64,000 bases of DNA from an uncultured Prolixibacteraceae bacterium (GTDB lineage: Bacteria; Bacteroidota; Bacteroidia; Bacteroidales; Prolixibacteraceae). The translations under genes were made by a program, and so were the position numbers. The stretch covers positions 234,505 through 298,504 of the forward strand of contig CAVVFN010000009.1 of the NCBI GenBank assembly GCA_963747515.1. The letters run 5' to 3'. Below are positions 30,901-40,903 of this stretch, in pieces. The notes beneath the pieces are model-generated. The model did no database searches, had not been told where the DNA came from, and was given only the letters and a program-made list of their open reading frames with translations. The stretch's first letter is position 1, and the number at the start of each line of letters is the position of its first letter.

Positions 30901-31594
30901 AATTCAGAAAAGCCTCAAGGGTCTGACCCGAAAGTGTACGTCCGCTGGCATCGGTAATGGTTCCTGAAATCATTAGCGGCAATCGGATGTTTTTTCTCTC
31001 CAATGTTTCTTCCACAGCAAAAATAGCTGCCTTTGCATTCAGTGTGTCAAAAATGGTTTCAATGAGCAGCAAATTCACTCCGCCATCGATAAGGCCCTCA
31101 ATCTGCTCCCGGTAGGCTTCTTTAACTTCATCGAAGGAAACTGCTCTGTACCCGGGGTCATTTACATCGGGCGACAGCGATAATGTTTTGTTGGTAGGAC
31201 CCAATGTTCCGGCTACAAACCTTGGCTTATCAGGATTTTGCTCCGTAAAATAAAGTGCCTGTCTGCAAGCAATTTCTGCAGATGCCATGTTCATTTCATA
31301 AACCAGGTGCTGGGTGTTGTAGTCGGCCTGTGATATACGATTGGCATTAAATGTATTGGTAAGAATAATATCGGCACCTGCTTCCAGGTATTTCGAGTGT
31401 ATTTCTTCAATTATTTCAGGATGTGTAAGAGAAAGGATGTCGTTGTTTCCTTTTTGGTCGTGGGTTGTATTTTTCAGGAGTTCCCCACGGTAATCTTCTT
31501 CAGATAATCTGTAGTCCTGTAAAAGTGAGCCCATAGCGCCATCCAGAACCAAAACACGCGTTTGCAATTCTTTTTGTATGTCTTTTTTAATCAT
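27929..31594 (-). CDS. metH: B12-dependent methionine synthase
   Basis: LDGAMG, GLNC, GGCCGT (Hcy-binding zinc), IGER.N..GS (pterin-binding), GDVHDIGKN (cobalamin-binding), GIRPA.GYP.CP (reactivation domain). Confidence 0.97.
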   Translation of the reverse strand: MIKKDIQKELQTRVLVLDGAMGSLLQDYRLSEEDYRGELLKNTTHDQKGNNDILSLTHPEIIEEIHSKYLEAGADIILTNTFNANRISQADYNTQHLVYEMNMASAEIACRQALYFTEQNPDKPRFVAGTLGPTNKTLSLSPDVNDPGYRAVSFDEVKEAYREQIEGLIDGGVNLLLIETIFDTLNAKAAIFAVEETLERKNIRLPLMISGTITDASGRTLSGQTLEAFLNSVSHIDLLSIGLNCSLGATELRPYVKELSQKASFHISAHPNAGLPNQFGGYDETPEIMGGYLKEYLDNSFVNIIGGCCGTTPDHIREFAKMAVHAKPHHVNPKDNNTRLSGLEPVTLTRETNFVNIGERCNVSGSRKFARLIRDKKYEEALAIARDQVENGAQVIDVNMDDAMLDAEKEMVIFLNLMMAEPDIAKLPVMVDSSKWKVIEAGLKCLQGKAIVNSISLKEGEKNFTAQARTIKRFGAAVVVMAFDESGQADSLERRKEICERAYRILTEKVGIPPQDIIFDPNVLTIGTGMEEHSNYAVDFINSVKWIKENLPDAKTSGGISNVSFSFRGNDVVREAMHSVFLFHAIRAGLDMGIVNPGMLQIYDEIPNDLLKRTENLILNKRTDATERLLEFAEQVKQGDKKEVKKDEWRDLPLEKRLAHALVKGIPDFVEQDMAEALKKYQPALNIIEGPLMDGMNVVGELFGSGKMFLPQVIKSARVMKKAVAYLLPYIEADKARMKDTSKQKKVLLATVKGDVHDIGKNIVGVVLACNNYDIIDLGVMVPTEKILDAAVTEQVDIVGLSGLITPSLEMMADIAKEMEQRKLTIPLLIGGATTSKIHTAVKIEPQYSHPVVHVKDASLAVNVVSNLLSKNEKYIQSVKDDYEQVRQFQGQRKPKEYLKLKDARTNKPAIDWENSPIYKPNILGVKTLIDYPLSELREYIDWTFFFLTWGMKGHFPQILEDENQGDAARKLLAEANTFLDEVIEKKMLQANAVFGLWPANSGGDDIILWDDERRNKEAGRFYHLRQQEKKKKESVNLSLSDFVAPLESGKTDYCGGFATTAGIGIEPWKEMYRKDNNDYKAIMLESLADRLSEAFAELLHEKVRKEYWGYAPNENLSQEQLQRVKYQGIRPALGYPACPEHSEKENLFNLLNAEEVGIKLTEHYAMYPNASVSGEYFASPESKYFSLEKIGRDQVEDYARRKGKTVEFIEKFLPTNLNYK

Positions 31595-31683
31595 AACTTT
31601 TTTTCTGTTTTCTTCTCATCAAATGCCTTAAGTTTTCTGTTGTTAAAATTTCTACTGAAGCTCTGCAAGGCATGTTTATTCTT

Positions 31684-32430
31684 TTACTTTATAATTTTTA
31701 TTTCATATTCTCCACGAACACCAATCTTTTCATCTTTAATTATTACTAAAGAAAGAATTTCTGTAAACATTTCTGAAAGTTTAAGTGCTTTTTCCAGATC
31801 TTCCTGATGTTTAACTTCATTTCCGATTGCGGTGGCAAATGCATCAGCAAGCAATATATTTTTACATACAACAGCCACAGCATCGGCATTGCCAAAACTA
31901 AGCGAGGGTCCTACTGTCCCTGCCGAGGTGCAGATTCCAATCTTTCCGCAACCTGGTGGAATTACAATGCCAATTTTTTCAGATAAAGATGAACTTCCTG
32001 CAAAAACTGACAGAAAGAGTTTTTGTTCAACTAAGGCAAAGATATCTCCACCGTTCTCTATAACCAATTCTATAACTGAAAAGTTTTGCAAAAGAGCCTC
32101 TCCCGCCTCACGTGAAAACAATCCGGCTACCGAGGCCATAGGTCCTACACCTGCTCTGGCTGCAGCATGTGCCATTTCTTTGGCTTCTGCCGGAGCTGCA
32201 TCAGAGGGCATGAAAGGATCGAGACTTTCTGCAAAATGAGGTTCTTTCCCGATCCATTTATCCAGCTTTTGCCTCAGTTCTCTTATTTTAGTAAATACAA
32301 CATCTTTCATTTCTTCCCGATATGAGCCTGGATCTATACCAATCCAAAGATCGGTTTCAAGATGTTTAATCTTAAATGCTTTGAAACGTCTGTAGTTGAA
32401 ATAATCCCTGTATGTTCTTTCGTGAAACAT
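31684..32430 (-). CDS. UPF0280 / ApbE-like protein (MA1715-like sulfide assimilation factor)
   Basis: ETDL.I, A...A.VGPMA.VAG, ENGGDI, GICTS.GTVGPS.SFG.ADA..V, ADA.ATA.GN motifs. Confidence 0.85.
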   Translation of the reverse strand: MFHERTYRDYFNYRRFKAFKIKHLETDLWIGIDPGSYREEMKDVVFTKIRELRQKLDKWIGKEPHFAESLDPFMPSDAAPAEAKEMAHAAARAGVGPMASVAGLFSREAGEALLQNFSVIELVIENGGDIFALVEQKLFLSVFAGSSSLSEKIGIVIPPGCGKIGICTSAGTVGPSLSFGNADAVAVVCKNILLADAFATAIGNEVKHQEDLEKALKLSEMFTEILSLVIIKDEKIGVRGEYEIKIIK

Positions 32431-32503
32431 GTTTTTAGATACGCCTTTTGCTCTTTTGGCTTATTACCGGGAGGCAATATCCCCTAAGCTAATAATTAAT
32501 GAA

Positions 32504-32914
32504 TTACCTGAAGTCAATATTAAACAGGTGCAAAGGACACGCGCCGATACACAATTCACATACAACACACTTGCTTTTATTGAATTCCAGTTTCCAGTTA
32601 TCTGGATTCATAGTGAGGGCGCCGGCAAAGCAAACTGCAGTACAATTTCCGCAATCGATACACTTATCTTCCTTAAAATGAATTCGTTTGTCAAGAGGTT
32701 CGCAAACAACATCATGGTCGGTAAGGTATTGCACCCCTTTTTCAATATTCTCCTTTTTTCCCTGAAGCTCTAAAAGAAGACTTCCCCTTTTGCCCGGAAA
32801 TACTTCCGCCTTCAGAATGTTAATACGGATGTCATAATCCCTCACCAGGTGATAACTGAGGGGCTTGTCTCCACTTTCCGGGGGAAAATTAAGTACATAT
32901 CTTTTTTTAATCAT
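32504..32914 (-). CDS. NIL domain plus 2x[4Fe-4S] ferredoxin (MA1822-like)
   Basis: N-terminal NIL domain (INILKA...G.L.LEL.G); CIDCGNCTAVC and CVVCELCIGACP cluster motifs. Confidence 0.88.
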   Translation of the reverse strand: MIKKRYVLNFPPESGDKPLSYHLVRDYDIRINILKAEVFPGKRGSLLLELQGKKENIEKGVQYLTDHDVVCEPLDKRIHFKEDKCIDCGNCTAVCFAGALTMNPDNWKLEFNKSKCVVCELCIGACPLHLFNIDFR

Positions 32915-34070
32915 TGTCGGCCTCCGTTTCCTTTAAGCTTTTCAGAGATGTATTTTGAGGGAACAATTGTACAGGTTTTGAAATTTCAAACTGTCCGTTT
33001 TGTAACCACAATTTAAGTTGGTCGGCAATTTTTCGCGCCTTTGCAAGACTTGAAACCGGAGCTGTACGGATTTTTTTTCCATTTATTTTTATTGACCCCG
33101 ACTGCAGCTGTTCGTAAGTTACCTGTCCAAGTTTTGGCATTCCCAAAGTACCATAATCAAGCACTGAAGTGTCAATTTGACTATTTGAAACGGAAACCCG
33201 CCGGGCCATATTTTCATCCAAAACAGGAATGGGTATTCCAATACCCATAAACATGCTCACTCCATATTTTTCATAATAAACAGCCTGCAGGAATTCAGGC
33301 GACATTTGTTTTAAATCTCCAATTACTGCTATTGTAGCCGCATTTGTAACCGGAATTCCCAGCTCATTTTTAGGGCGGGTAGTGTGAAATTGTGTGCCGT
33401 TCCAAACAACAAAACCCTGCGCACCCCCAAGAAAAATACGTGTTCCAATGCCAATAGTCCGCATTTCAGGATCATTGAGCAGGGGGCTTAATTCTCCTGA
33501 TGTAGAGTAGGTTGCATTACGCATATTGGGAAGTAAGGTTCCCATGTAGGTGTGAATCATCTTCCTGGTAGTATTGACAGCTACATTGTAATTCTGATAG
33601 GCATTCCTTGGGTTGAAAAGGGTAAATTCATTGATGGTGTTAATATTTATTCTGGTACGTATGTGCTTGCGGGGATAGCAGTCGGTACCTTTTCCCCAGG
33701 CCTCCAATACGACATCTTTCCCTTCCAGCAAATCTTGTATCACATGCGCTCCGCCATAGGCCGGATTATCCGGATCACAGGCAGTAGCTCCAATGTATGC
33801 ATCCACCGCAGCCAGTCCCTCGTAACAGGGTACCCCATTTAGCCTTATCTTTTCCATACGTATGGGGGGAGTAGAATGACCAAAATTAATGATCGCTCCG
33901 GAAGAACACATCGCACCAAAGGTGGCAGTAGTTACAATATCTACTTGTTCTGCAATCTCTGCAGGACTGGCTGATTTTGCCAGCCGGGTAACTTCTTCTG
34001 CAGTAAGAATAACAGCTTTACCCTGCTTCAGCTTCTGGTTAATCTCTTCGTAAGTTTTTATTTTAGGCAT
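32907..34070 (-). CDS. homocysteine biosynthesis protein / aspartate-semialdehyde sulfurtransferase (DUF39, MA1821-like) without CBS domains
   Basis: KT.EEIN.KL..G.AV.LTAEE, VD.VTTATFGAMCSSGA, GELSPLLNDP..RTIG.GTRIFLGGA.G, YG.S...GIGIPIP motifs. Confidence 0.88.
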   Translation of the reverse strand: MPKIKTYEEINQKLKQGKAVILTAEEVTRLAKSASPAEIAEQVDIVTTATFGAMCSSGAIINFGHSTPPIRMEKIRLNGVPCYEGLAAVDAYIGATACDPDNPAYGGAHVIQDLLEGKDVVLEAWGKGTDCYPRKHIRTRININTINEFTLFNPRNAYQNYNVAVNTTRKMIHTYMGTLLPNMRNATYSTSGELSPLLNDPEMRTIGIGTRIFLGGAQGFVVWNGTQFHTTRPKNELGIPVTNAATIAVIGDLKQMSPEFLQAVYYEKYGVSMFMGIGIPIPVLDENMARRVSVSNSQIDTSVLDYGTLGMPKLGQVTYEQLQSGSIKINGKKIRTAPVSSLAKARKIADQLKLWLQNGQFEISKPVQLFPQNTSLKSLKETEADND

Positions 34071-34102
34071 TTTAAAATGAAAAGTTGCTTTATTTTATGG
34101 AG

Positions 34103-34110
34103 CAAATTTA
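34103..34110 (-). promoter_or_regulatory. Bacteroidota -7 promoter element for the homocysteine/metH operon (TAAATTTG)
   Basis: Exact TAnnTTTG 33 nt upstream of ATG 34070. Confidence 0.55.
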
Positions 34111-34269
34111 GCTGATTTTACCTAATGAAAAGTATTTTAGTACGATTCAGTTAAAGAGTCGGTATATTAAAAATATGAAAACCTGAAGATTTTTCTTTTA
34201 AAATGATAAACCTGAATGGTGCTATTCGTTGGTTTCTGTTAATTTTACCTTTTTAAATTAATTTTTTAC

Positions 34270-35640
34270 ATGATTGAAATAGATTACCGTTTACATTTTA
34301 AAGATTTACAGAAAAAACTATCGTTATTTTGGGAGCTTTCAGCAGAAAAAATTATTCATATTGATAAGAACTATGATTCTTCCAATGGTTCTCCTGTATT
34401 TACCGTTGACGGGAAATATACTACCCGCGGCTGGACAGAATGGACACAGGGTTTTCAGTTTGGTTCGTCTATTTTACAGTTTGATATAACCGGTGATGTT
34501 TCTTTTTTGGAATCAGGAAAAAAAGCTACTCTTGAAAAAATGGCACCTCATGTTAGTCATACTGGGGTTCACGACCATGGGTTTAATAACCTGAGTACCT
34601 ATGGAAATCTTCTGCGGCTGATGAATGAAGGGAAGATTCCCCGGAATGAGTGGGAGAAAAATTTTTTTGAACTGGCTCTGAAAATTTCTGGAGCTGTGCA
34701 GGCCAGCCGATGGACAAAAACTAAAAACGGCGGGTACATCTATTCCTTTAATGGTCCGCATTCATTGTTTGTTGATACCATCCGTTCATGCCGTATTCTA
34801 ATAGCATCGCATATGCTGGGACATGACATGCAGGGGGAAAACGATGTGAAAATATCTCTCCTGGAACGGGCTGTTCAACATATTTATGCAACTGCCAAAT
34901 ATTCTGTTTTCTATGGAGAGGGAAGGGATGTGTATGATGTTAGAGGCAGAACAGCTCATGAATGCATTTTTAATATCAACGACGGCAATTTTCGATGCCC
35001 CAATTCACAACAAGGATACTCAGGATTCTCAACATGGACCCGTGGTCTGGCCTGGGCAATGTTAGGTTTTGCCGAAGAACTGGAAGCTTTCCGCAATATT
35101 ACCGATAATGATTTGCAATCATTTGGAGGTAAGGCAGATATCGAAAAGATGATGTTGAAAGCTGCCCGTGCTACCTGCGATTTTTACATTGAAAATACAC
35201 CGGTTGACGGAATTCCGTATTGGGATACGGGTGCTCCAAATTTGCATAAATTGGGAGATTACCTGAATAAACCTGCTGATCCATTTAATGCCTGGGAACC
35301 GGTTGATAGTTCGGCAGCAGCCATTGGTGCCCAGGGACTGCTCAGGCTGGGGAAATATCTGAATGAAAAAAGCGACAAGGAATCAGGAGAAAAATACTGG
35401 CAGGCCGGACTGACAGTAATGAATTCATTGCTCGATTATCCTTACCTGAGTACCAATCCTCAGCATCAGGGGCTAATTTTGCATAGCATATATCATCATC
35501 CCAATGGTTGGGATCATATTCCGGCGGGTCAGAAAATTCCCTGCGGGGAATCATCCATGTGGGGTGATTATCATGCAAGGGAAGCAGCTCTTTATTTGCA
35601 CCGGATGCTTTCTGATGAAAGATATTACACATTTTTTTAA
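34270..35640 (+). CDS. GH88-like unsaturated glycuronyl hydrolase
   Basis: HDHGF, S.W.RG.AW...GF, YWD, DSSAAAI and WGDY motifs of the (alpha/alpha)6 GH88 fold; no signal peptide. Confidence 0.75.
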   Translation: MIEIDYRLHFKDLQKKLSLFWELSAEKIIHIDKNYDSSNGSPVFTVDGKYTTRGWTEWTQGFQFGSSILQFDITGDVSFLESGKKATLEKMAPHVSHTGVHDHGFNNLSTYGNLLRLMNEGKIPRNEWEKNFFELALKISGAVQASRWTKTKNGGYIYSFNGPHSLFVDTIRSCRILIASHMLGHDMQGENDVKISLLERAVQHIYATAKYSVFYGEGRDVYDVRGRTAHECIFNINDGNFRCPNSQQGYSGFSTWTRGLAWAMLGFAEELEAFRNITDNDLQSFGGKADIEKMMLKAARATCDFYIENTPVDGIPYWDTGAPNLHKLGDYLNKPADPFNAWEPVDSSAAAIGAQGLLRLGKYLNEKSDKESGEKYWQAGLTVMNSLLDYPYLSTNPQHQGLILHSIYHHPNGWDHIPAGQKIPCGESSMWGDYHAREAALYLHRMLSDERYYTFF

Positions 35641-35648
35641 TTAAGGAA

Positions 35649-36479
35649 ATGGCAAAATTGTTAACAGATTTTTCAAAATTGTGTGTACATACCCTTACTA
35701 CAAAACCCTGGAATTTGCAGCAATGCATTGAAAACTACAGTGCTGCCGGTATCCAATCAATCACCGTCTGGAGAAATGTCCTTGAAAACCAAAACCTGAA
35801 GGTAGCCCGAAGAATATTAAAGGATCATGCTATGGAGGTTGTTTCTGTTGCCAGGGGAGGTTTTTTTCCTTCAACTGAAATTATTAAACGGAATGCAGCT
35901 ATTGATGATAATCATCTTGCCATTGAACAGGCTGCCGAAATAGGTGCCTCAATTCTGGTATTGGTGTGCGGTGCTGATGGCCGGCAATCACTCGAAAAAT
36001 CGAGAGACCAGATACGGGAAGGAATAATAAAAATCCTGCCCCGGGCACAAGCAGCAGGAGTGAAACTGGCTATCGAACCATTGCACCCCATGTATGCCGG
36101 TGACAGATCAGCAATTAATACCCTGGCCCAGGCAAACAGCCTGGCAGAAGAAATAAATTCACGGTATGTTGGTGTGGCTGTTGATGTTTACCACCTGTGG
36201 TGGGACAGTTGCTTACAGGAGGAGATTAGGAGATGCGGACAAAACAAAAACCTTTTCGCATTTCATATATGCGACTGGAATGTTCCTACTGTGGATTTTT
36301 TGAACGACAGGGGATTGATGGGGGATGGGTGCATAAATGTTCCGCAAATAAGAGATTGGGTAGAAGATTCCGGATTTTCAGGTTATAATGAAGTAGAAAT
36401 ATTCTCCGACAAATATTGGGCAATTAATCAAAAGGAGTATCTTGAGAAAATTAAATATGCATACCTAAATTATTCATAA
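35649..36479 (+). CDS. sugar phosphate isomerase/epimerase (xylose-isomerase-like TIM barrel)
   Basis: LAIEPLHP, DVYH, FHICD, RGLMGDG.I, EVEIFS metal-binding motifs. Confidence 0.85.
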   Translation: MAKLLTDFSKLCVHTLTTKPWNLQQCIENYSAAGIQSITVWRNVLENQNLKVARRILKDHAMEVVSVARGGFFPSTEIIKRNAAIDDNHLAIEQAAEIGASILVLVCGADGRQSLEKSRDQIREGIIKILPRAQAAGVKLAIEPLHPMYAGDRSAINTLAQANSLAEEINSRYVGVAVDVYHLWWDSCLQEEIRRCGQNKNLFAFHICDWNVPTVDFLNDRGLMGDGCINVPQIRDWVEDSGFSGYNEVEIFSDKYWAINQKEYLEKIKYAYLNYS

Positions 36480-38159
36480 ATGAAACGATTATTTTTTTTG
36501 CTGTTACTAAGCACTCCCCTTCTGGCAATACCACAGGTTCAGGAAAAAATTGACAGGGGAGTTGTTGCTCTGACCGTCAATGAGAAGGAAGTTTTTGTAA
36601 GTTGGCGTTTGTTCCGTGACGATCCTGAAAATGTGTCATTCAATGTCTATAGAAAAGATATCGGGCTGACGGATTATGAGAAAGTTAACGATCAACCCAT
36701 AGCATCTTCCACCAATTTTACCGATACCTCTGTTCAGCCGGGACATGGGTATTATTATAAGGTGAAACCCTTAACGGGAACCCAGGAAAAGGAGTCGCCA
36801 GGAGAAGCTTATGTTTTTACTCTTGCGGGTAATCAACCCTGGATTTCCATTAAACTAAAGGATGAGGTAACTTTAAAAAGAATTGGAATTGGCGATCTCG
36901 ATGGCGACGGAGCCTATGATTTTGTTTTGCAACATCCCGATTTTAATGTCGATCCCTATTTTAAGCCCGGATACTGGAAGCGAAGCCCTGAAACTTATAA
37001 GTTGGATGCTTATTCATCAAAAGGGGAGTTCATATGGAGCTATGATATGGGATGGGCAATAGAAACCGGCACATGGTATTCTCCTTATATGGTTTTTGAT
37101 GTGGATCAGGATGGAAAGGCAGAAGTCTATGCCAAAGGAGGCGAAGGTGATCCCCGTGAAATGGACGGTCATGTATTAACAGGCCCTGAATATCTTATTA
37201 AACTTGATCCTCAGACAGGGAAAGTAATAAAAAAACAGGATTGGATTTCACGGCAAGATTTTGAATCCTATAATTACTGGAGCCGGAATTTTTTAAGTAT
37301 TGCCTACCTTGACGGGCGGAAGCCATCATTGATTATGCAACGGGGAACTTATACCCAGATTATAACGGATGCACTTGACAAAAACCTGAATACGGTGTGG
37401 GAATGGAAAAGTACAGGTGAATATTCAAAATATAAAGGACAGGGTGGTCATGCATTGATGACCGGTGACATCGATTTAGACGGAAAAGACGAACTGGTTG
37501 TAGGAACATTTGCCCTCGATGACAATGGTGAACCCATGTGGCACACAGGCCTGGGCCATAACGATGCTGGATATATCGCCGATTTTCTTCCTGAACGGCC
37601 AGGATATGAAATCTTTTACGGAATCGAATCCCGTTCTCCTAAAAACGGAGTTTGTCTTGTAGACGCAAAATCAGGAGAAATTATCTGGGGTTATGAAGGA
37701 AGTACATTTCATGTGCACAGCCAGGGAATGGTTGGAGATATAACTGCCGAATATCCTGGGCTGGAATGTTATGCCGGAGAAGCTAAAGGAGGGGATAAAT
37801 TTTTCCTGTATACTTCCAATGGCAAACAGTTGTCTGATGAAAACCTTTGGGGGCTGGCTCCCCGGGCAGTCTGGTGGGATGACGATGACCAGAAGGAAAT
37901 TTGTTTTAAAAACACTGTTTTTGATTATCAGGGGGAAAGTAAACTCGAAATTGAAGGGAAAGTTTTAATTGTTGCCGATATCCTGGGCGATTGGCGGGAA
38001 GAAATTGTGACCAGCCTTCCGGGTGAAATCCGGATTTATTCAACTAACATACCCGCAGAAAGCAAGAAAGTATGCCTGATGCAGAATCATCTTTACCGAA
38101 TGGCAGTGGCCGATGCAACAATGGGATACTACAACTCACCCCAGGTGGGATTTAAATAA
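36480..38159 (+). CDS. rhamnogalacturonan lyase-like protein (PL11, YesW/YesX-like)
   Basis: Signal peptide; EK.DRGVVA, VSWRL..DD....FNVYR, GDLDGDG.YD, D.DQDGKAE, ADILGDWREE, YRM.VA...MGY.N motifs. Confidence 0.75.
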   Translation: MKRLFFLLLLSTPLLAIPQVQEKIDRGVVALTVNEKEVFVSWRLFRDDPENVSFNVYRKDIGLTDYEKVNDQPIASSTNFTDTSVQPGHGYYYKVKPLTGTQEKESPGEAYVFTLAGNQPWISIKLKDEVTLKRIGIGDLDGDGAYDFVLQHPDFNVDPYFKPGYWKRSPETYKLDAYSSKGEFIWSYDMGWAIETGTWYSPYMVFDVDQDGKAEVYAKGGEGDPREMDGHVLTGPEYLIKLDPQTGKVIKKQDWISRQDFESYNYWSRNFLSIAYLDGRKPSLIMQRGTYTQIITDALDKNLNTVWEWKSTGEYSKYKGQGGHALMTGDIDLDGKDELVVGTFALDDNGEPMWHTGLGHNDAGYIADFLPERPGYEIFYGIESRSPKNGVCLVDAKSGEIIWGYEGSTFHVHSQGMVGDITAEYPGLECYAGEAKGGDKFFLYTSNGKQLSDENLWGLAPRAVWWDDDDQKEICFKNTVFDYQGESKLEIEGKVLIVADILGDWREEIVTSLPGEIRIYSTNIPAESKKVCLMQNHLYRMAVADATMGYYNSPQVGFK

Positions 38160-38179
38160 AAAATCTAATTTTTTAAGAT

Positions 38180-39325
38180 ATGATTCATAAGGTTGGGATA
38201 ATTATGAACGGCGTTACCGGCCGGATGGGAACAAATCAACACCTGATGCGATCCATCGTTGAAATTATCAAACAAGGTGGGGTGAAAATAAATGATTCGG
38301 AATTCATTATGCCCGATCCTGTTCTGGTGGGACGCAATGAAATTAAACTGAAGAAACTGGCTGAAATGTCGGGAGTGGAAAAGTGGACTACAGATCTGGA
38401 TTCGGTGATGAACGATCCATCCTATTCAGTGTATTTCGATGCTCAAACTACAGGTCGGCGTGCCGGTGCAGTGATAAAGGCAGCAAAAGCGGGTAAACAT
38501 GTTTATTGCGAGAAACCGGTGGCAACCAATACTCAGACTGCTCTTGAGCTTTACCGCATTTGCGAAGAAGCCGGCGTTAAACATGGTGTGGTGCAGGATA
38601 AACTCTGGCTGCCCGGATTGCTGAAGCTAAAGCGGCTGATGGAAAATGGTTTCTTTGGGAAGATACTTTCAGTCAGGGGTGAATTCGGATATTGGGTGTT
38701 CGAAGGCCATACCGTGCCATCTCAACGGCCAAGCTGGAATTACCGGAAAGAAGACGACGGAGGTATTATTGTAGATATGCTCTGTCACTGGCGGTATGTG
38801 CTCGATAATTTATTTGGAAAGGTGAAAGGGGTATTTTGTCTGGGTGCTACTCATATTCCGGAACGGGTGGATGAACAAGGTAATGCTTATAAATGCACTG
38901 CCGACGATTCGGCATATGCTACTTTTGAACTGGAAAATGATGTTGTAGCCCATTTTAATTCTTCCTGGGTAACACGGGTGCGGCGCGATGATTTGCTGAC
39001 CCTGCATGTTGACGGCACCAAAGGTTCTGCCGTTGCAGGTCTGCGTGAATGCTGGACCCAGCATTACGGAAATACTCCAAAGCCGGTATGGAATCCCGAT
39101 ATTTCGCAACCTATTAATTTTTACGACGGCTGGAGTAAAGTGCCCGAGCAGGAACATTTCGATAATGCCTTTAAAGCACAGTGGGAGCTATTTCTTAAAC
39201 ATGTGGTTAAAGATGATCCGTTCCCATGGGACCTGCTTGAAGGGGCCAAGGGAGTTCAACTGGCTGAAAAGGGACTGGAAAGCTGGGAGAAGAAAACCTG
39301 GGTGGATGTACCTGAAATTCTTTAG
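38180..39325 (+). CDS. Gfo/Idh/MocA family oxidoreductase
   Basis: GIIMNGVTGRMG Rossmann motif, HVYCEKP, GVVQDKL.LPG, DMLCHW. Confidence 0.88.
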   Translation: MIHKVGIIMNGVTGRMGTNQHLMRSIVEIIKQGGVKINDSEFIMPDPVLVGRNEIKLKKLAEMSGVEKWTTDLDSVMNDPSYSVYFDAQTTGRRAGAVIKAAKAGKHVYCEKPVATNTQTALELYRICEEAGVKHGVVQDKLWLPGLLKLKRLMENGFFGKILSVRGEFGYWVFEGHTVPSQRPSWNYRKEDDGGIIVDMLCHWRYVLDNLFGKVKGVFCLGATHIPERVDEQGNAYKCTADDSAYATFELENDVVAHFNSSWVTRVRRDDLLTLHVDGTKGSAVAGLRECWTQHYGNTPKPVWNPDISQPINFYDGWSKVPEQEHFDNAFKAQWELFLKHVVKDDPFPWDLLEGAKGVQLAEKGLESWEKKTWVDVPEIL

Positions 39326-39394
39326 ACAATGATTTGGCGCTGTAGTCATTAAGGGAATATTTCATTGATTGAACGAATTTTTTTAATTGCAAAA

Positions 39395-40165
39395 ATGAAT
39401 AAAACAGCACTAATTACCGGAGGTTCAAGGGGTATAGGATTGGGAATTGCCAAAGAACTGGCAAAAGCCGGATTTAATCTGGCTTTAAATGGAGTAAGGG
39501 AGCAGGAAGCCGTTCAACCGGTTCTGGATGATTTGAAACCTTTTGGAGTGAATGTGATATATGTTCAGGGTGATGTTTCAAAAAAAACCGGCAGGGAAAA
39601 AATTTTTCATACTGTAATGAATCAGTTCGGAAAGCTAAATGTTCTTGTGAATAATGCCGGTATAGCTCCCCGCGAACGAAGGGATATTCTGGAGGCTTCA
39701 GAAGAGATTTTTGATGAAGTAATGGAAATTAACCTTAAAGGGCCTTACTTTCTCACACAGTTGTTTGCCAATCATATGGTGGAGATGAAATTAGCCGATA
39801 CCGGTTATTGGGGCTGCATCATTAATGTATCCTCTGTTTCAGCAACGGTAGCTTCGGTTAACAGGGGTGAATACTGTTTGTCGAAAGCGGGTATTGCAAT
39901 GGCATCAAAATTATGGGCAGCCCGGTTGGGTGAATTTGATATCCCTGTTTATGAAATACAGCCGGGTGTAATCCAAACCGATATGACATCCGGAGTTATA
40001 GAAAAATACGACAGGCTTTTTGAACAGGGACTGAGTATTCAGAAACGCTGGGGATTACCTGAAGATGTTGGCAAAGTCGCAGCTGCTATGGCCACAGGAA
40101 TGCTTCCCTATTCTACCGGACAGGTGGTTAAAGTGGACGGCGGAATGACTGTTCAACGGTTGTGA
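39395..40165 (+). CDS. SDR family oxidoreductase (3-ketoacyl-ACP reductase-like)
   Basis: TGGSRGIG, NNAG, YCLSK (YxxxK), VDGG; start moved to ATG 39395. Confidence 0.9.
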   Translation: MNKTALITGGSRGIGLGIAKELAKAGFNLALNGVREQEAVQPVLDDLKPFGVNVIYVQGDVSKKTGREKIFHTVMNQFGKLNVLVNNAGIAPRERRDILEASEEIFDEVMEINLKGPYFLTQLFANHMVEMKLADTGYWGCIINVSSVSATVASVNRGEYCLSKAGIAMASKLWAARLGEFDIPVYEIQPGVIQTDMTSGVIEKYDRLFEQGLSIQKRWGLPEDVGKVAAAMATGMLPYSTGQVVKVDGGMTVQRL

Positions 40166-40412
40166 GGATAAATGTTCAGGTGAAGGCTGCTTTTGCACCT
40201 GCTGAGCCTGAATCCGGAGCGAAGGAAAATCATAATCAGGATAAGGAGGAGGAATCATTTTCGTCAGGAAACAGAAGGCAGTATGAGAGAGAAGAAACAA
40301 TGGAAGTATTATTCTGAATAAAAGGGAAGGCATGGGCACGGACGTATGAGCAAAAATGAAGATACATTCATAGGTGTAATGTTGTTCATTTACACGATAT
40401 CAATTCTGTAGT

Positions 40413-40901
40413 TTGGAGAAAGAATTTCTGCATATTATCAGGGAAAACCAGGGCATCATTCATAAAGTGTGTAAGATTTACTGCGACCTGGTAGAAGATC
40501 AAAACGATCTTTTTCAGGAAATAATTGCTCAGTTGTGGAAGTCTTACCCCTCTTTCAGGAACGAATCGAAAGTAACTACCTGGATGTATCGGGTGGGACT
40601 TAATACGGCGATAACTTTTTTTAAAAAAAGTAAAAGAAGACCCGATCGGAATCAACTATCTTATAAAACTTATCAGTTTGCCGATGATGGTTATGATATT
40701 GAAACTGAGGAACAGATAAAGATCCTTCAGCATGCTGTCGCTCAATTGACCGGGATTGAAAAATCGATCATCCTGTTATTTCTCGAAAATAAAAAGTATG
40801 AAGAAATTGCTGAAATAACCGGAATTACACAAAATTATGTAAGGGTGAAAATGAACAGGATTAAGAAAAAATTGAAGGTATTGATGGAAAAGGAGGAATA
40901 G
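40413..40901 (+). CDS. ECF RNA polymerase sigma factor
   Basis: DLFQE....LW.SY.SF...SK.TTWMYRV.LN (region 2); YEEIAEITGI....VRVKMNR.K (region 4); TTG start. Confidence 0.9.
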   Translation: MEKEFLHIIRENQGIIHKVCKIYCDLVEDQNDLFQEIIAQLWKSYPSFRNESKVTTWMYRVGLNTAITFFKKSKRRPDRNQLSYKTYQFADDGYDIETEEQIKILQHAVAQLTGIEKSIILLFLENKKYEEIAEITGITQNYVRVKMNRIKKKLKVLMEKEE

Positions 40902-40903
40902 AG

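Noticed and set aside
34071-34269. SAM or cobalamin riboswitch ahead of the homocysteine/metH operon
   Set aside because: AT-rich sequence with no conserved riboswitch cores; the promoter is only about 30 nt from the start codon
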